Assembly (NCBI GenBank): GCA_038207335.1
Contig: JBBQZX010000004.1
Location: 128,001-192,000, forward strand
Direction: 5' to 3'
DNA: 64,000 bases
Origin: Chthoniobacterales bacterium
Lineage (GTDB): Bacteria > Verrucomicrobiota > Verrucomicrobiia > Chthoniobacterales > Chthoniobacteraceae
Positions 40,301 through 49,700 of this stretch are shown piece by piece. A program made the position numbers and the translations under genes. Every line of letters starts with the position of its first letter. Within the stretch, counting starts at the first letter, position 1. The notes beneath the pieces were generated by a model, which was given only the letters and a program-made list of their open reading frames with translations, did not search any database and was not told the DNA's origin.

Positions 40301-40690
40301 CGCCATCGCCGCCTCCACGAGCCGCTCGCTGCGCCCCGCCGCGCCGTGATCCATCCGCGCCAGCTCCACGATGCCGAGCAACTGATCGCCGAGCCGCGGG
40401 AACGTCTGCCGCAGGAGCCGCGCCGCATCTTCGAGCCGCCGCTGACGCCACACCCAGCGGTGCCACTTCAGCGGCAAACCAAGTCCCAGAGCCGCTCCGC
40501 CGCCGATGAGCAGCGCGAGCCGGAGCGCCGCCGGAGTTTCAAAAAACCGATCAAGCGCGAAAACGAACAGGTAAGAAATCGCGATACCAAAGAGCGCCGC
40601 CAGCGCGCCCTCGACGAGCTTCACAACCCACACACGTCGCCGAAATTCGGCGAGCTTCGATTCGAGAACCGGCGGGAGTGTGGTGTTCAT
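37355..40690 (-). CDS. membrane-anchored long coiled-coil protein (DUF4175-like)
   Basis: Three N-terminal TM segments, PRLGDQLLG, ASDDFGV, Pro-rich linker, EFPDEFKPGLDAYF terminus. Confidence 0.75.
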   Translation of the reverse strand: MNTTLPPVLESKLAEFRRRVWVVKLVEGALAALFGIAISYLFVFALDRFFETPAALRLALLIGGGAALGLGLPLKWHRWVWRQRRLEDAARLLRQTFPRLGDQLLGIVELARMDHGAAGRSERLVEAAMAQAADAVKDRDFTNAVPDARHREWAWAAGGALAVAVVAFFLVNAAAANALSRWLMPWRHVERFTFAKVEPLPPRLVVPYAEPFTLPVRLRADTQRTPDQGTGRIAGQSAVTAKLDAGVYPLAFPPQKKDAAMAVSLGDVRKSIEVQPRPRPELIDLAVRLRLPEYLGYTSAQRMDVRGGSVSILKGAEAAFTARASRELAAAELDGQAQKVTGDVIATGFSAVAGDAERKFTWRDRDGLTPRDPLVLKVRAVEDDAPRILARRETQEQVVLDSEVVSFDLAASDDFGVKRVGLEWVGSQTGADGKTPITGDKIVAGGEPEKKELAVRATFCATRDGVAPQTIEMRGWTDDYLPGRQRAHSASFVLHVLDKTDHALWLTEQFGKWLEVAKESYEREQQLHQTNKELRGLDAADLDRPENRRRVSQQASAENANAARVDSLTQSGRNLVEQATKNDEFDAKRLESWATMLKSLKDIAANRMPSVADLLKQTASAAGAKPGEAPPAGSQQPQQSGKPGAPSKPGGAKSAPSVAHGEQPQSAPAPAPAIDPNAPPKPAAPSIADREAGFSKPPEPKPADPNAAPKPPGGGKLRLPNTMLAAAPNQKKDDDVKPPETPAQQKLDTAITEQKDLLAEFAKVSDQLGEILASLEASTFVKRFKAASRQQMSIATNINQKTLDAFGIEREAVKAAEPIAKNAKTQSEVVRLIQSDLDAYFQRKQDSRLKAILEEMKKDEIVRALATGGEKVAINLSGQSMIGSEFWADTLDRWAEEMVAASNCKSCSSCSGDSLPPEIVLKVMQALRDEMKLRDETREIENAKPAVTPEKFGEDANVAAKKQESIGRHTASAIGDIIALPEGASKFGKELKLLNAVVVVMNEANGILSTPETGSTAIAAETEAIELLLQAKRNSPNGGGGGGSNAGGGGRAATASSAALADLGPGSDADSMVAARAVGQATGRAGKEFPDEFKPGLDAYFNLLEEQAASR

Positions 40691-40754
40691 GGCGTGGCGG
40701 GTTATTTAGCAAATATCCTGATCCGAACTGCGACGACTGGGGAAGATGGCGCAT

Positions 40755-40815
40755 TTAGAACATTCCCGCAGCTTTTCTTCCGAGCTAAAAAAAGCCCAGC
40801 AACAACACCAGCCCG
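40755..40815. repeat. degenerate direct-repeat copy of 41717-41777 (3' end of the vWA gene)
   Basis: Manual ungapped alignment gives 52/61 identical, including the stop codon. Confidence 0.85.
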
Positions 40816-40961
40816 ACCCTCGCTCACCACCTCGGGTTTCGGGTGCGCGGACTGCCCGACCACGATCCCGTTATGCAGGTGTCGCCGGATCTAGAAACCA
40901 GGATCCACCAAGCGCGATCAGTCGGTGCATCCGATCAAGCACCGGTGGCAACGTCCCTGAG

Positions 40962-41651
40962 TCAGTGCGGAAGCTGGGCGCGGATCGAGTCGGCGACCTT
41001 TTCCGCGAGGGCCTTGTAGCCGGCGTCGGTAAAGTGGACGTTTTTCGGGCGCTGAATCGACGGATCCGCGACCACCACAGCGTGCAGGTCGTCGATCGCC
41101 ACGCCCTCGGATTTCATCACCCGCGCCGCGACTTCGTTGTATTTTTCCTCATCTTTCGCCACGCGTCCGCCGGACTCCACCGGGACCGGCGTGGTGCTGG
41201 CCCAAATGAGTTTTGCGCCAGTGGCTTTGAACCGCTTCACGAGGTCGCGCAGGTTTTTTTCGTACTCCTCCACGGGCGTCACCTGCGGGCCGGCGAGGTC
41301 GAGCTTGTTGTCCTTCCAATGTTTGAGGTCGTGCAGGCCCCAGTTGAAGTGAATGACATCCCATTTTCCCGCGCCGAGCCATGCGTCGAGCTTCGCGAGA
41401 CCGACTCCGGTGGCGCTGCCATTTTCGGGAATGCGGTGGACGTTCGCCTTCCCTTTGAGCAGCTCGCGAACGGGCAGCGTGTAGCCCATGGAAATGGAGT
41501 CGCCGATGAGCAGGACGCGCGGCAGACCAGGCACGTCGCTAATCGGCGTCAGCGACGGATCCCGCTTCTTCTCGCCGCCTTTCTCGACAGTCGGAGTCTG
41601 GGCAAAAAGCGCGAGCGGCAAGAGCAGGCTTAGGACGAGGGAGAACTTCAT
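40962..41651 (-). CDS. secreted SGNH/GDSL hydrolase
   Basis: LLIGDSISMGY, HFNWGLHD, NVHF. Confidence 0.9.
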   Translation of the reverse strand: MKFSLVLSLLLPLALFAQTPTVEKGGEKKRDPSLTPISDVPGLPRVLLIGDSISMGYTLPVRELLKGKANVHRIPENGSATGVGLAKLDAWLGAGKWDVIHFNWGLHDLKHWKDNKLDLAGPQVTPVEEYEKNLRDLVKRFKATGAKLIWASTTPVPVESGGRVAKDEEKYNEVAARVMKSEGVAIDDLHAVVVADPSIQRPKNVHFTDAGYKALAEKVADSIRAQLPH

Positions 41652-41716
41652 GCCGGATTGAACCTGCGGGGCTGCGATTTATTTGGCCACGGAAGGTGCG
41701 CCATGGTTCGCGCCGC

Positions 41717-43921
41717 TTAGAACGCTCCCGCAGCTTTTCTTCCGACCCAAAAAACTCCCAGCAGCAGCACCAGTCCGCCCGCCCACGCGGGGTGCGCCCA
41801 CAGTTGCACGCGCCGCTCCTGCACCTGCGGCGGCGGCAGCGCCGCGATCGCCGCCACCACCGCCGCCGGGTCCGCGCTTTCGATCACCCGCCCGCGTGTG
41901 AGCTGCGCGATCTCGCGGAGCACGTCGAATTTCCCCGGCTGCCCGCGCTTCTCCCGGCTCGTCCCCTGCACCGAGACCACCGCGTCCAGCGCGCTCCCCG
42001 CATCCGCACACGTCAGCCGCACGCGATGCTCCCCCGGCTCGCCCGGCGTGAACGTCCCCGTGAAAAGCCCCCACGCATCCGACCCCGCCGGCGGCAGACG
42101 TACGCTCGAGATTTTCCCCGACGGCGCAGTGATCTGCGCGATCACCGTCCCATCGCGCAACGGCTCGCCCGTCAGCCCGATCACGTTGGCATTCAGCGTC
42201 AGCACCGCCCCGGCGATCGGCCGATCCGGCGAGTAGAAAAGCCGCATCTTTTCCCCCTGCGACATATTCCGCTGATACGCCATCCACCGCACGACCTGTC
42301 CCCAGAAACGGTAGTGGTAGCGATCCTCCACGCCCTTTCGCCAGCGCCACGCGCCATCCGTCCCCATGAAGAGAATCTTCCCCGCCCCGTGCGTCTTCGT
42401 CACCAGCAGCGGCACGCGGCCAAAGCGATTCGTCTCCGTCCCGTGCGTCGCCAGGATTTCCGACCCGGCCTTCGCGCGCGCCACCGGCGCATACCATTGG
42501 AAGCCCGGCAGCGTCTGCCACACCCGCGCGCTCGCCTCGTCCGTGTCGTCGAGCTTCGTTAAAAGCGAGCGCGTCCCGGCCTCCGTCAGCGCAAAGCGCC
42601 CCGGCGACGAAGTCCCAAATCCGCGCGGCTGCGCGTCGTCCCACACGATCGGATTCAGCTCCCCGAGCGCCGTCTCCTGCAGCGTCAGCTCCGACCCGCG
42701 CATCCCCGGCAGCAGCACCAGCCCCGCCGCCTGATCCCGCACCAGCTTCTGCACAGCCTCGCACTGCTCCGCCGTCAACTCCCCCTTTTCCACCCCCACA
42801 TCGCCCAGGAAAACCACGTCGTATTTCGACAGCTCCTCCACCTTTGGAAACCCCGCCAGATACCCGCGCCCCACCCCCGGCTTCCCGAGATCGGGATGAA
42901 AAAGCACACAATTCACCTCCACCCCCGGGTCCCGCTCCAGCGCATTCCGCAGATACCGATACTCCCAGCGCGGCGTCGATTCCACGATCAGCACCCGCAG
43001 TTGCTCCTTCCTGATCGAGAGCGGCGCCTCCATCGCATTATTCTCCACAAACCGCTCCGCCCCCGTCTTCGGCACCGTCAGCGTCACCGTCATCTCGCCC
43101 GGCCGCTCCGGCTTCCACACCATCACATCCTGCAGCCGACCCATCGCCGGGATCACCACCGACTTCGTCATCACCTCACCCGTCGAAGTCTTCATCTCCA
43201 CCGTCGCCGCCTCATCCCGCGGCAGCGAGCTCTGGATCGTGAAAGGCACGCGCAGCGGCTTCCCCGCGATCGCAAAAGTCGGCACGTCAAAGCTCGTCAG
43301 CTCCACATCCGGCAGCCGCGTCTCCGATCCCAGCGGCACCGCAAAGACCGGCACCTCCCGCATCCGCAGCCGCGTCGCCGCCTGCGCCGGAGCCTCCCCC
43401 GTGTTCCAGTCCCCATCGCTCAGCAGCGCCACCGCGCTCAGCCGCGGATACTTCTCCGCCGCCCGCAGCAGCGCCGCGTTGAGGTCCGTCCCCTCCTCCG
43501 CCGGCTGCTGGCTCGAGGAGAAAGGCTCCACCACCACATCCATCCGCCCCGCGATCTCCCGCCACGCCGCCTGCTCCGTCAGCGGCTTTGCCAGCTCCGC
43601 GCGCGACCTCGGCTCCGCCGCCGGACTCGCCGCATCCACCACATCGCGCGTCTCCATCGAGCGCGACACATCCTCCAGCACCACCAGCGTCGGCTTATTC
43701 TCCGGTTTGAAAATCTCGCGCCACTCCGGCTGATTCAGCGTCACCGCGATCACCACCGCGATCAGCAGCCGCAGCGCCTCCAGCAGCCCCGTCGAACGCC
43801 GATACCCACTACGTCTCCACGCGATCACCCCCAGCACCGCCACCACCAAAACGAACCCCACCGACACCGCGACCGAAGTCGGACTCGGCGTAAAAATGAG
43901 TGATTTGCTGGCAGCGTTCAT
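41717..43921 (-). CDS. membrane protein with vWA-like and glutamine-amidotransferase-like domains
   Basis: DVSRSM MIDAS-like, GTDL, LLSDG, PRWEYRYLRNALERD, WRWR...YRFWGQVVRW, C-terminal TM. Confidence 0.8.
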   Translation of the reverse strand: MNAASKSLIFTPSPTSVAVSVGFVLVVAVLGVIAWRRSGYRRSTGLLEALRLLIAVVIAVTLNQPEWREIFKPENKPTLVVLEDVSRSMETRDVVDAASPAAEPRSRAELAKPLTEQAAWREIAGRMDVVVEPFSSSQQPAEEGTDLNAALLRAAEKYPRLSAVALLSDGDWNTGEAPAQAATRLRMREVPVFAVPLGSETRLPDVELTSFDVPTFAIAGKPLRVPFTIQSSLPRDEAATVEMKTSTGEVMTKSVVIPAMGRLQDVMVWKPERPGEMTVTLTVPKTGAERFVENNAMEAPLSIRKEQLRVLIVESTPRWEYRYLRNALERDPGVEVNCVLFHPDLGKPGVGRGYLAGFPKVEELSKYDVVFLGDVGVEKGELTAEQCEAVQKLVRDQAAGLVLLPGMRGSELTLQETALGELNPIVWDDAQPRGFGTSSPGRFALTEAGTRSLLTKLDDTDEASARVWQTLPGFQWYAPVARAKAGSEILATHGTETNRFGRVPLLVTKTHGAGKILFMGTDGAWRWRKGVEDRYHYRFWGQVVRWMAYQRNMSQGEKMRLFYSPDRPIAGAVLTLNANVIGLTGEPLRDGTVIAQITAPSGKISSVRLPPAGSDAWGLFTGTFTPGEPGEHRVRLTCADAGSALDAVVSVQGTSREKRGQPGKFDVLREIAQLTRGRVIESADPAAVVAAIAALPPPQVQERRVQLWAHPAWAGGLVLLLGVFWVGRKAAGAF

Positions 43922-44025
43922 CGGCGTGAAATCATTCTCTACCCTAAAATCCTAAAACTGCCCGCCCTCATCCGCGCTCATTTCCAGAGCCGAATTCACG
44001 CTATTCGGCCAAACCCGCGATTGCC

Positions 44026-44227
44026 TCACAAGTCTCCGCAACGCCCCTCGCGAAAGTCACGGATGGCTCTCGTCTGTGAGAGCGTCCAGAGGTCCGGCTG
44101 CGACATCCTCCTCAAACTGTTTGTCCCACGCGACGGCGTCGAACTCTGAAAACCAATCACGGAAAGACAAAAGCTCCTGACGGGAGAGCTTGCTGACGGC
44201 AGTTTCGATTTCGAGGACGGTGCTCAT
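44026..44227 (-). pseudogene. frameshifted antitoxin of a RelE/ParE-type TA pair (toxin essentially lost)
   Basis: MSTVLEIETAVSKLSRQELLSFRDWFSEFDAVAWDKQFEEDVAAGPLDALTDE, then a +1 shift near 44068 to AIRDFREGRCGDL*, ending in a GTGA overlap. Confidence 0.65.
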
Positions 44228-44510
44228 GGCGGGTGGGGCGGGTGAGCCAGACGGTGTAGCCTTGGAAGACGCCCTTTTGACACGTCAGTTCCGGGTGGCC
44301 GCTGGTGAAGAGGTCGCCGGTGAGCACGGGGATGGTGGTCTGCGCGTCGGGCGGGACGATCTCAGCGCCTTCGATCCCGAGCAGGATGCCGTCGGCGGGG
44401 TCGTAATTGGCGGCGGCCTTGATCCCCGCGACCACGGTGGTGAAGAACCCGAGGAACCCTGGCTCCAGCAGAACCGGCGCAGAACTGGACTTTGCAGATG
44501 CCGGACATAG

Positions 44511-44524
44511 TGTTCGTGAGAACA
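44511..44524. promoter_or_regulatory. Verrucomicrobia-type LexA (SOS) box
   Basis: Perfect TGTTC-GTGA-GAACA immediately upstream of imuA. Confidence 0.85.
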
Positions 44525-44526
44525 CC

Positions 44527-45243
44527 ATGTTTTCTGTCGTCACAGCTTCATCCAGTCTCTCGGCTTTTCCCGGCGATCGTGCGGGGAAGGTCGCACAGTT
44601 GCGGGCGATCCTCGCGGAAAAATTTCCGATGGTGCAGCCGAGGGCGAATGGGGTGCTGGCCACTGGGGTGCCGGAGATCGATGAGGTGGAAGGTGGGTTG
44701 CGGCGGGCTGCGCTCACGGAGTTTTCGGCGAGTTCGGGGGCGGGGGCGCTTTTTATTCGTGCGCTGTTGCGGACGATTTGTCGGGAGCGTTGTCTCGCGG
44801 CTTTGGTCGATGCAGGGCGCTCTTTCGATGCGGAGGGAGCTGGGGCGGCGGGGCTGGCGAGGCTGCTCGTCGTCTTTTCCGCGGATGGGATGCAGGCGGT
44901 GAAGGCCACGGATTTGCTGCTCCGCGATGGCAATCTTTCGCTCGTGCTGCTCGACATGCAGGCCATGCCGCCGCGCGAGTTGCAGCGCATCCCGGCGAAC
45001 ACTTGGCACCGGCTCCAGCGGCTCGCGGAGCAAACGTCGGCGGCGCTCGTGGCGCTCACGTCGCAGCCGATGATCGAGGCCGCGCAGGTGCGCATCGGCA
45101 CAGGGAAAAGCTGGACGCTCGACACGCAGCGCCGCTGGCAGCGCGATGTTGTCGCGTCCACAGCCTGGCGGGTCTTTCCGCGACGAGTGGGGGGGCGGCG
45201 GATGCCGGTTTGGGAAGATGGGCACGCGTCCGCCATCGCATGA
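44527..45243 (+). CDS. imuA: ImuA/RecA-like mutagenesis protein
   Basis: LATGVPEIDEVEGGLRRAALTE, ALVDAGRSFD, ATDLLLRDGNLSLVLLD, WHRLQRLAE; precedes imuB; start uncertain. Confidence 0.8.
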   Translation: MFSVVTASSSLSAFPGDRAGKVAQLRAILAEKFPMVQPRANGVLATGVPEIDEVEGGLRRAALTEFSASSGAGALFIRALLRTICRERCLAALVDAGRSFDAEGAGAAGLARLLVVFSADGMQAVKATDLLLRDGNLSLVLLDMQAMPPRELQRIPANTWHRLQRLAEQTSAALVALTSQPMIEAAQVRIGTGKSWTLDTQRRWQRDVVASTAWRVFPRRVGGRRMPVWEDGHASAIA

Positions 45244-45252
45244 GGAGGAGCC

Positions 45253-46779
45253 ATGTTCGCGGTCATTCTTTTGCCAAATTTCCGGCTGCAGGCGGCGCTT
45301 CGTTTTCGCGAGGAAATGGATGCGCTGCCGGTCGCGCTCGTGGATGAGCAGGCTCCGAAAATGGGCGTGCTCGAAGCCAGCTCCGCGGCGGCGGACGCTG
45401 GCGTGACGGCGGGGCAGACGACGCCACAGGCGCTCGCGCGATGCGAGTCGCTCGTCATCCTCACGCGTTCCCGCGCGCAGGAGCGGAGCGCGCAATCCGC
45501 GCTGCTCGAAATGGCCGCGGCGCTCTCGCCGGAAGTCGAGGCGACGGCGGATGGATTTTGCACGATCGGCCTGCAAAGCTCGCGGACAAAGGATTGGCAG
45601 GCGATGGGCACTTGCGCCATCGCCGGGCTCGCAGCGCTGAGACTCCGCGCGCAGATCGGCTTTGGCCCAAATCCCGACCTCGCATTTCTCGCCGCGCGCC
45701 GCGCCCGTCCCGTGCTCGTGGTGCAGTCGCCCACGACTTTTCTCGCCGACCTCGCGGTGCAGGAACTCGACCCCGCGCCCGAGTTGCTCGCGCTGCTACG
45801 CGACTGGGGGATCCACAATCTCGCGCAACTCACGAGCCTTCCGCGCGGCGACCTGATGGACCGGCTCGGCCCCGAAGCCGGGCGCCTGTGGGAGCGCGCG
45901 GCGGGGCGCGCGGAGCGTCCGCTGCGGCTCGTGAGAGAGGTCGAGGAATTCATCGAGGAATTCGATTTCGAGCGCGAAATCGACACGATCGAGCCGCTGC
46001 TTTTTCTGCTGCGCCGCTTCCTCGACCAGCTCGCGCTGCGGCTCAGGCAGGCGTATCGCGTGGCCGGGCAGATGGCGTTCGCGCTCCCGCTGGCGGATGG
46101 CAGCGCGCACGAGCGCATCTTCACCGTGCCGTCGCCGACCGCGGATGTGGACGTGCTTTTTCGCATCCTGCACACGCATCTCGAGGGCCTGCAGCTCCAT
46201 CACGGCGCGACCGGGATGCGGCTGCACATCGTGCCGACGCGCGCGGAGCGGCAGCAGTTCCAGCTCTTCGAGACGCCGCTGCGCGACCCGAATCGTTTTG
46301 GCGAAACGCTCGGCCGGCTCGCGGCTCTGGTCGGGAGTGAAAATGTCGGCGTCGTGCATGCGCTCGACACGCATCGGCCCGATTGCATCGAGCTGCGGCC
46401 GCCGCGTTTTCACGAACTCGATCCCGCAGCCGCGCCCGGCGAAGACCTCGCGATCGGACTGCCGCTGCGGCGCTTTCGTCCGCCGATCGCGGCGACGGTG
46501 CGCGTGATGGCGCATCATCCGGTGTGGCTCGATTCGGAGCGCGTCCGCGGCGAAATCTGCGCCTCGCTCGGGCCGTATCGCGCATCGGGCGGATGGTGGG
46601 AGAGCGATCGCTGGAGCACGGAGGAGTGGGACGTGGAGATGGAAAGCAGCGGGCTCTACCGACTCGCGCGCGTGCGGGACGAGTGGCGCGTGGAAGGCAG
46701 CTACGATGAGCCTTCGCGAGGAAATCGCCGCGGCGCCGGGGCGGTCGTGGCGATGCAAAATGGGGAACTCGCGCGATGA
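45253..46779 (+). CDS. imuB: inactive Y-family polymerase ImuB
   Basis: AGVTAGQT..QALARC, LSPEVE, WGIHNLAQL, GPYRASGGWW...EEWDVE. Confidence 0.85.
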   Translation: MFAVILLPNFRLQAALRFREEMDALPVALVDEQAPKMGVLEASSAAADAGVTAGQTTPQALARCESLVILTRSRAQERSAQSALLEMAAALSPEVEATADGFCTIGLQSSRTKDWQAMGTCAIAGLAALRLRAQIGFGPNPDLAFLAARRARPVLVVQSPTTFLADLAVQELDPAPELLALLRDWGIHNLAQLTSLPRGDLMDRLGPEAGRLWERAAGRAERPLRLVREVEEFIEEFDFEREIDTIEPLLFLLRRFLDQLALRLRQAYRVAGQMAFALPLADGSAHERIFTVPSPTADVDVLFRILHTHLEGLQLHHGATGMRLHIVPTRAERQQFQLFETPLRDPNRFGETLGRLAALVGSENVGVVHALDTHRPDCIELRPPRFHELDPAAAPGEDLAIGLPLRRFRPPIAATVRVMAHHPVWLDSERVRGEICASLGPYRASGGWWESDRWSTEEWDVEMESSGLYRLARVRDEWRVEGSYDEPSRGNRRGAGAVVAMQNGELAR

Positions 46780-49700
46780 ATTACGTCGAGCTCCATGCCC
46801 GCAGCGCGTGCAGTTTTTTGCGAGGTGCTTCTCACCCGGAGCATCTCGCCGAGCGCGCCTCGGAACTCGAGTTGCCCGCCGTGGCGGTGTGTGATCGCGA
46901 TGGTTTGTATGGCGCTGCGCGCTTTTTTTCCGCAGCGAAAGAGCACGGCATTCGTGCGATCGTCGGCGCGGAGTTGACGCTCGAATGCGACTCCGTGCTG
47001 CCGGTGCTAGTGCAGTCGCGCACTGGATATCGCAATCTCTGCCAGCTCATCACGCAGGCGAAATTGCGCGGCACGAAGACCGACGCGCCGGTGCGCATCG
47101 GCGAGCTCGCGGAATTCGCCGAGGGGCTCGTCGCGCTGACCGGCGACGAGGAGGGACCCGTGCGCCGAGCACTCGCGCGGAACGATGCCGCAGCCGCGCT
47201 TTCATGCGTGGAGCAGCTCACAGCGAGCTTCGGAAGCGGGAATGTCTTCATCGAAATCCAGCGCCATCTCCGCCGCGGCGAGGCGCGCGAAAATGACGCG
47301 CTGCGCGATCTCGCCGCCGCGGCGAAACTCCCGCTGCTCGCGACGAACGGCGTGCTCCACGCGACCCCTGCCGAGCGCGCCGTGCTCGACGTTTTCACCT
47401 GCGCGCGCCAGCACACGCATCTCGACGCCGCAGGCCGCTTTCTCGCGCTGAACGACGAGCGCCACCTCAAGCCCGCAGCCCGCATGACGCGGCTTTTTGC
47501 CGACACGCCGGACGCGATCGCAAACACGCTCCGGCTCGCCGACCGGCTCGATTTTTCGCTGCAAAACCTCGGCTACGAATTCCCGAAATATCGCGTGCCG
47601 GAAGGCGAGTCGATGGACTCCTTTCTGCGCAAAATGACGCTCGATGGTGCGCGCGGCCGCTACGGAAAACCCGACGCAAAAGTCCTCGCTCAAATCGACC
47701 ACGAGCTTGATCTGATCGCGCGGCTCGGCTTCAGCGGCTACTTTCTCATCGTCTGGGATCTGGTGAATTTCGCGAAGAGCGAAAACATTCTCGTGCAGGG
47801 CCGCGGCAGCGCTGCGAACAGCGTCGTCTGCTATTCGATCGGCATCACTGCGTGCGATCCGATCGCGTGCAAGCTGCTCTTTGAGCGCTTCCTTTCCGAA
47901 GGCCGCACCTCCTGGCCCGACATTGATCTCGACCTGCCGAGCGGCGACCGGCGCGAGCGCGTCATTCAGGAAGTCTATCGCCGCTACGGCCAGCACGGCG
48001 CGGCGATGACGGCGAATGTCATCTCGTTTCGCGGCAAAAGCGCGATGCGCGAAATCGGCAAGGCGCTCAATTTTCCGCCCGATGTGCTCACGCGATTTTC
48101 GCACCTTTTCGGCAGCGGCGATTTTCCGCACACGCTAGACATCGAGGCGCAGGTCGCGCAGTCGGGCATCGCCGACACGCACCCGCGCGCCGCCGCCGCG
48201 GTCGCGCTTTATGCGCGCATTTACGGCCTTCCGCGGCACCTCGGGCAGCACAGCGGCGGCATGATTATTTGCGAGGGCAAGCTGAGCGGGATCGTGCCGC
48301 TGGAGAATGCGTCGATGCCCGGCCGCGTCGTCGCGCAGTGGGACAAGGACGACTGCGAAGACCTCGGAATCATCAAGGTCGATCTGCTCGGCCTCGGAAT
48401 GATGGCTGCCATGCAGGACTCGCTGGAAATGTGCGCGGCGCGCGGACATCCCGTCGCTCTGGCGACGATTCCGAAAGACGATACCGCCACCTTCGACCTG
48501 CTCTGCCGCGCCGACACGATCGGCACTTTCCAAGTCGAAAGCCGCGCGCAAATCGCGACGCTCCCGCGCCTCCAGCCGCGCGAATTTTACGACGTCGTCG
48601 TCGAGGTCGCACTCATCCGGCCGGGGCCGATCCAAGGCAATATGGTGCATCCGTATCTCAAGCGGCGGCGCGGAGAGGAGCGTGTGGAGTTCATGGACGA
48701 GCGGCTGCGACCGGTGCTGGAGCGCACGCTCGGCATCCCACTTTTCCAAGAGCAGCTTTTGAAAATCGCGATGGTCATGGCGGGATTCACCGGCAGCGAA
48801 GCGGAGGAGCTGCGGCGCGCACTGAGCTTTCACCGCTCGCAGGAGCGGATGGAAAAAGTATGCGTAAAGTTGCGCGCCGGACTGGCCCGGAATGCTGTGC
48901 CAGCGGGCACCGCCGAGCGCATCGTGCAGTCCGTGCAGTCGTTCGCGGTCTATGGATTTCCCGAGTCGCACGCCATTTCATTCGCGCTCATCGCGTATGC
49001 GAGCTGCTGGATGAAAGTGCATCGCGCACCGGAATTTTACGCCGGACTCTTCAACAATCAGCCGATGGGATTCTACTCCGCGGCGACGCTCGCAAAGGAC
49101 GCGAAGCGGCGCGGCGTGCGCATCCGGCCGGTGAATGTTTTGGAAAGCGACTGGCTCTGCACGGTCGGCGCGGACGACTCGCTACGCCTCGGTCTCTGCT
49201 ACGTGCGCGGGCTCTCGCACGCGGATGGGGAGCGCATCCTCGCCGAGCGAAAAGCCGTGCCGTTTGCATCGCTCGTCGATTTTCAACTTCGCACGCTGCT
49301 GCCAAAAACCGCGTCGCGCGCGCTCGCGAAAGTCGGCGCGCTCAACGGCCTTAGCGCGCACCGGCGCACCGCGCAGTGGCAGGTCGAAGTCTCGCGCGCC
49401 GACGACGATTTATTTGCCACGGCGGAGTCGAGCCTCACGCCGCCGCTGCGCCCGATGAATGCGACCGAGCGGCTGAATGCCGACTACACCGGCACGACGC
49501 TGACGACCGGCCCGCATCCGATGGCGATTATCCGCGCGCGTGTGCCACACCTCTGGCGCGCGATCGATTTGGAGTCCGCGGCGAACGGCGCTCACCTCGC
49601 CATCGGCGGCATGGTCATCTGCCGGCAGCGTCCGGGCACCGCGCACGGCGTCGTCTTTATCAGCCTCGAAGATGAAACCGGCATCGCCAACGCCATCGTC

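Noticed and set aside
30545..40894. Long plus-strand ORFs (30545-32599, 38702-40894 and others)
   Set aside because: Arg-rich antisense shadows of well-supported minus-strand genes.
44157..46175. 672-aa minus-strand ORF
   Set aside because: Mostly antisense to imuA/imuB; only the stretch near 44228-44470 looks coding and is reported as a fragment.
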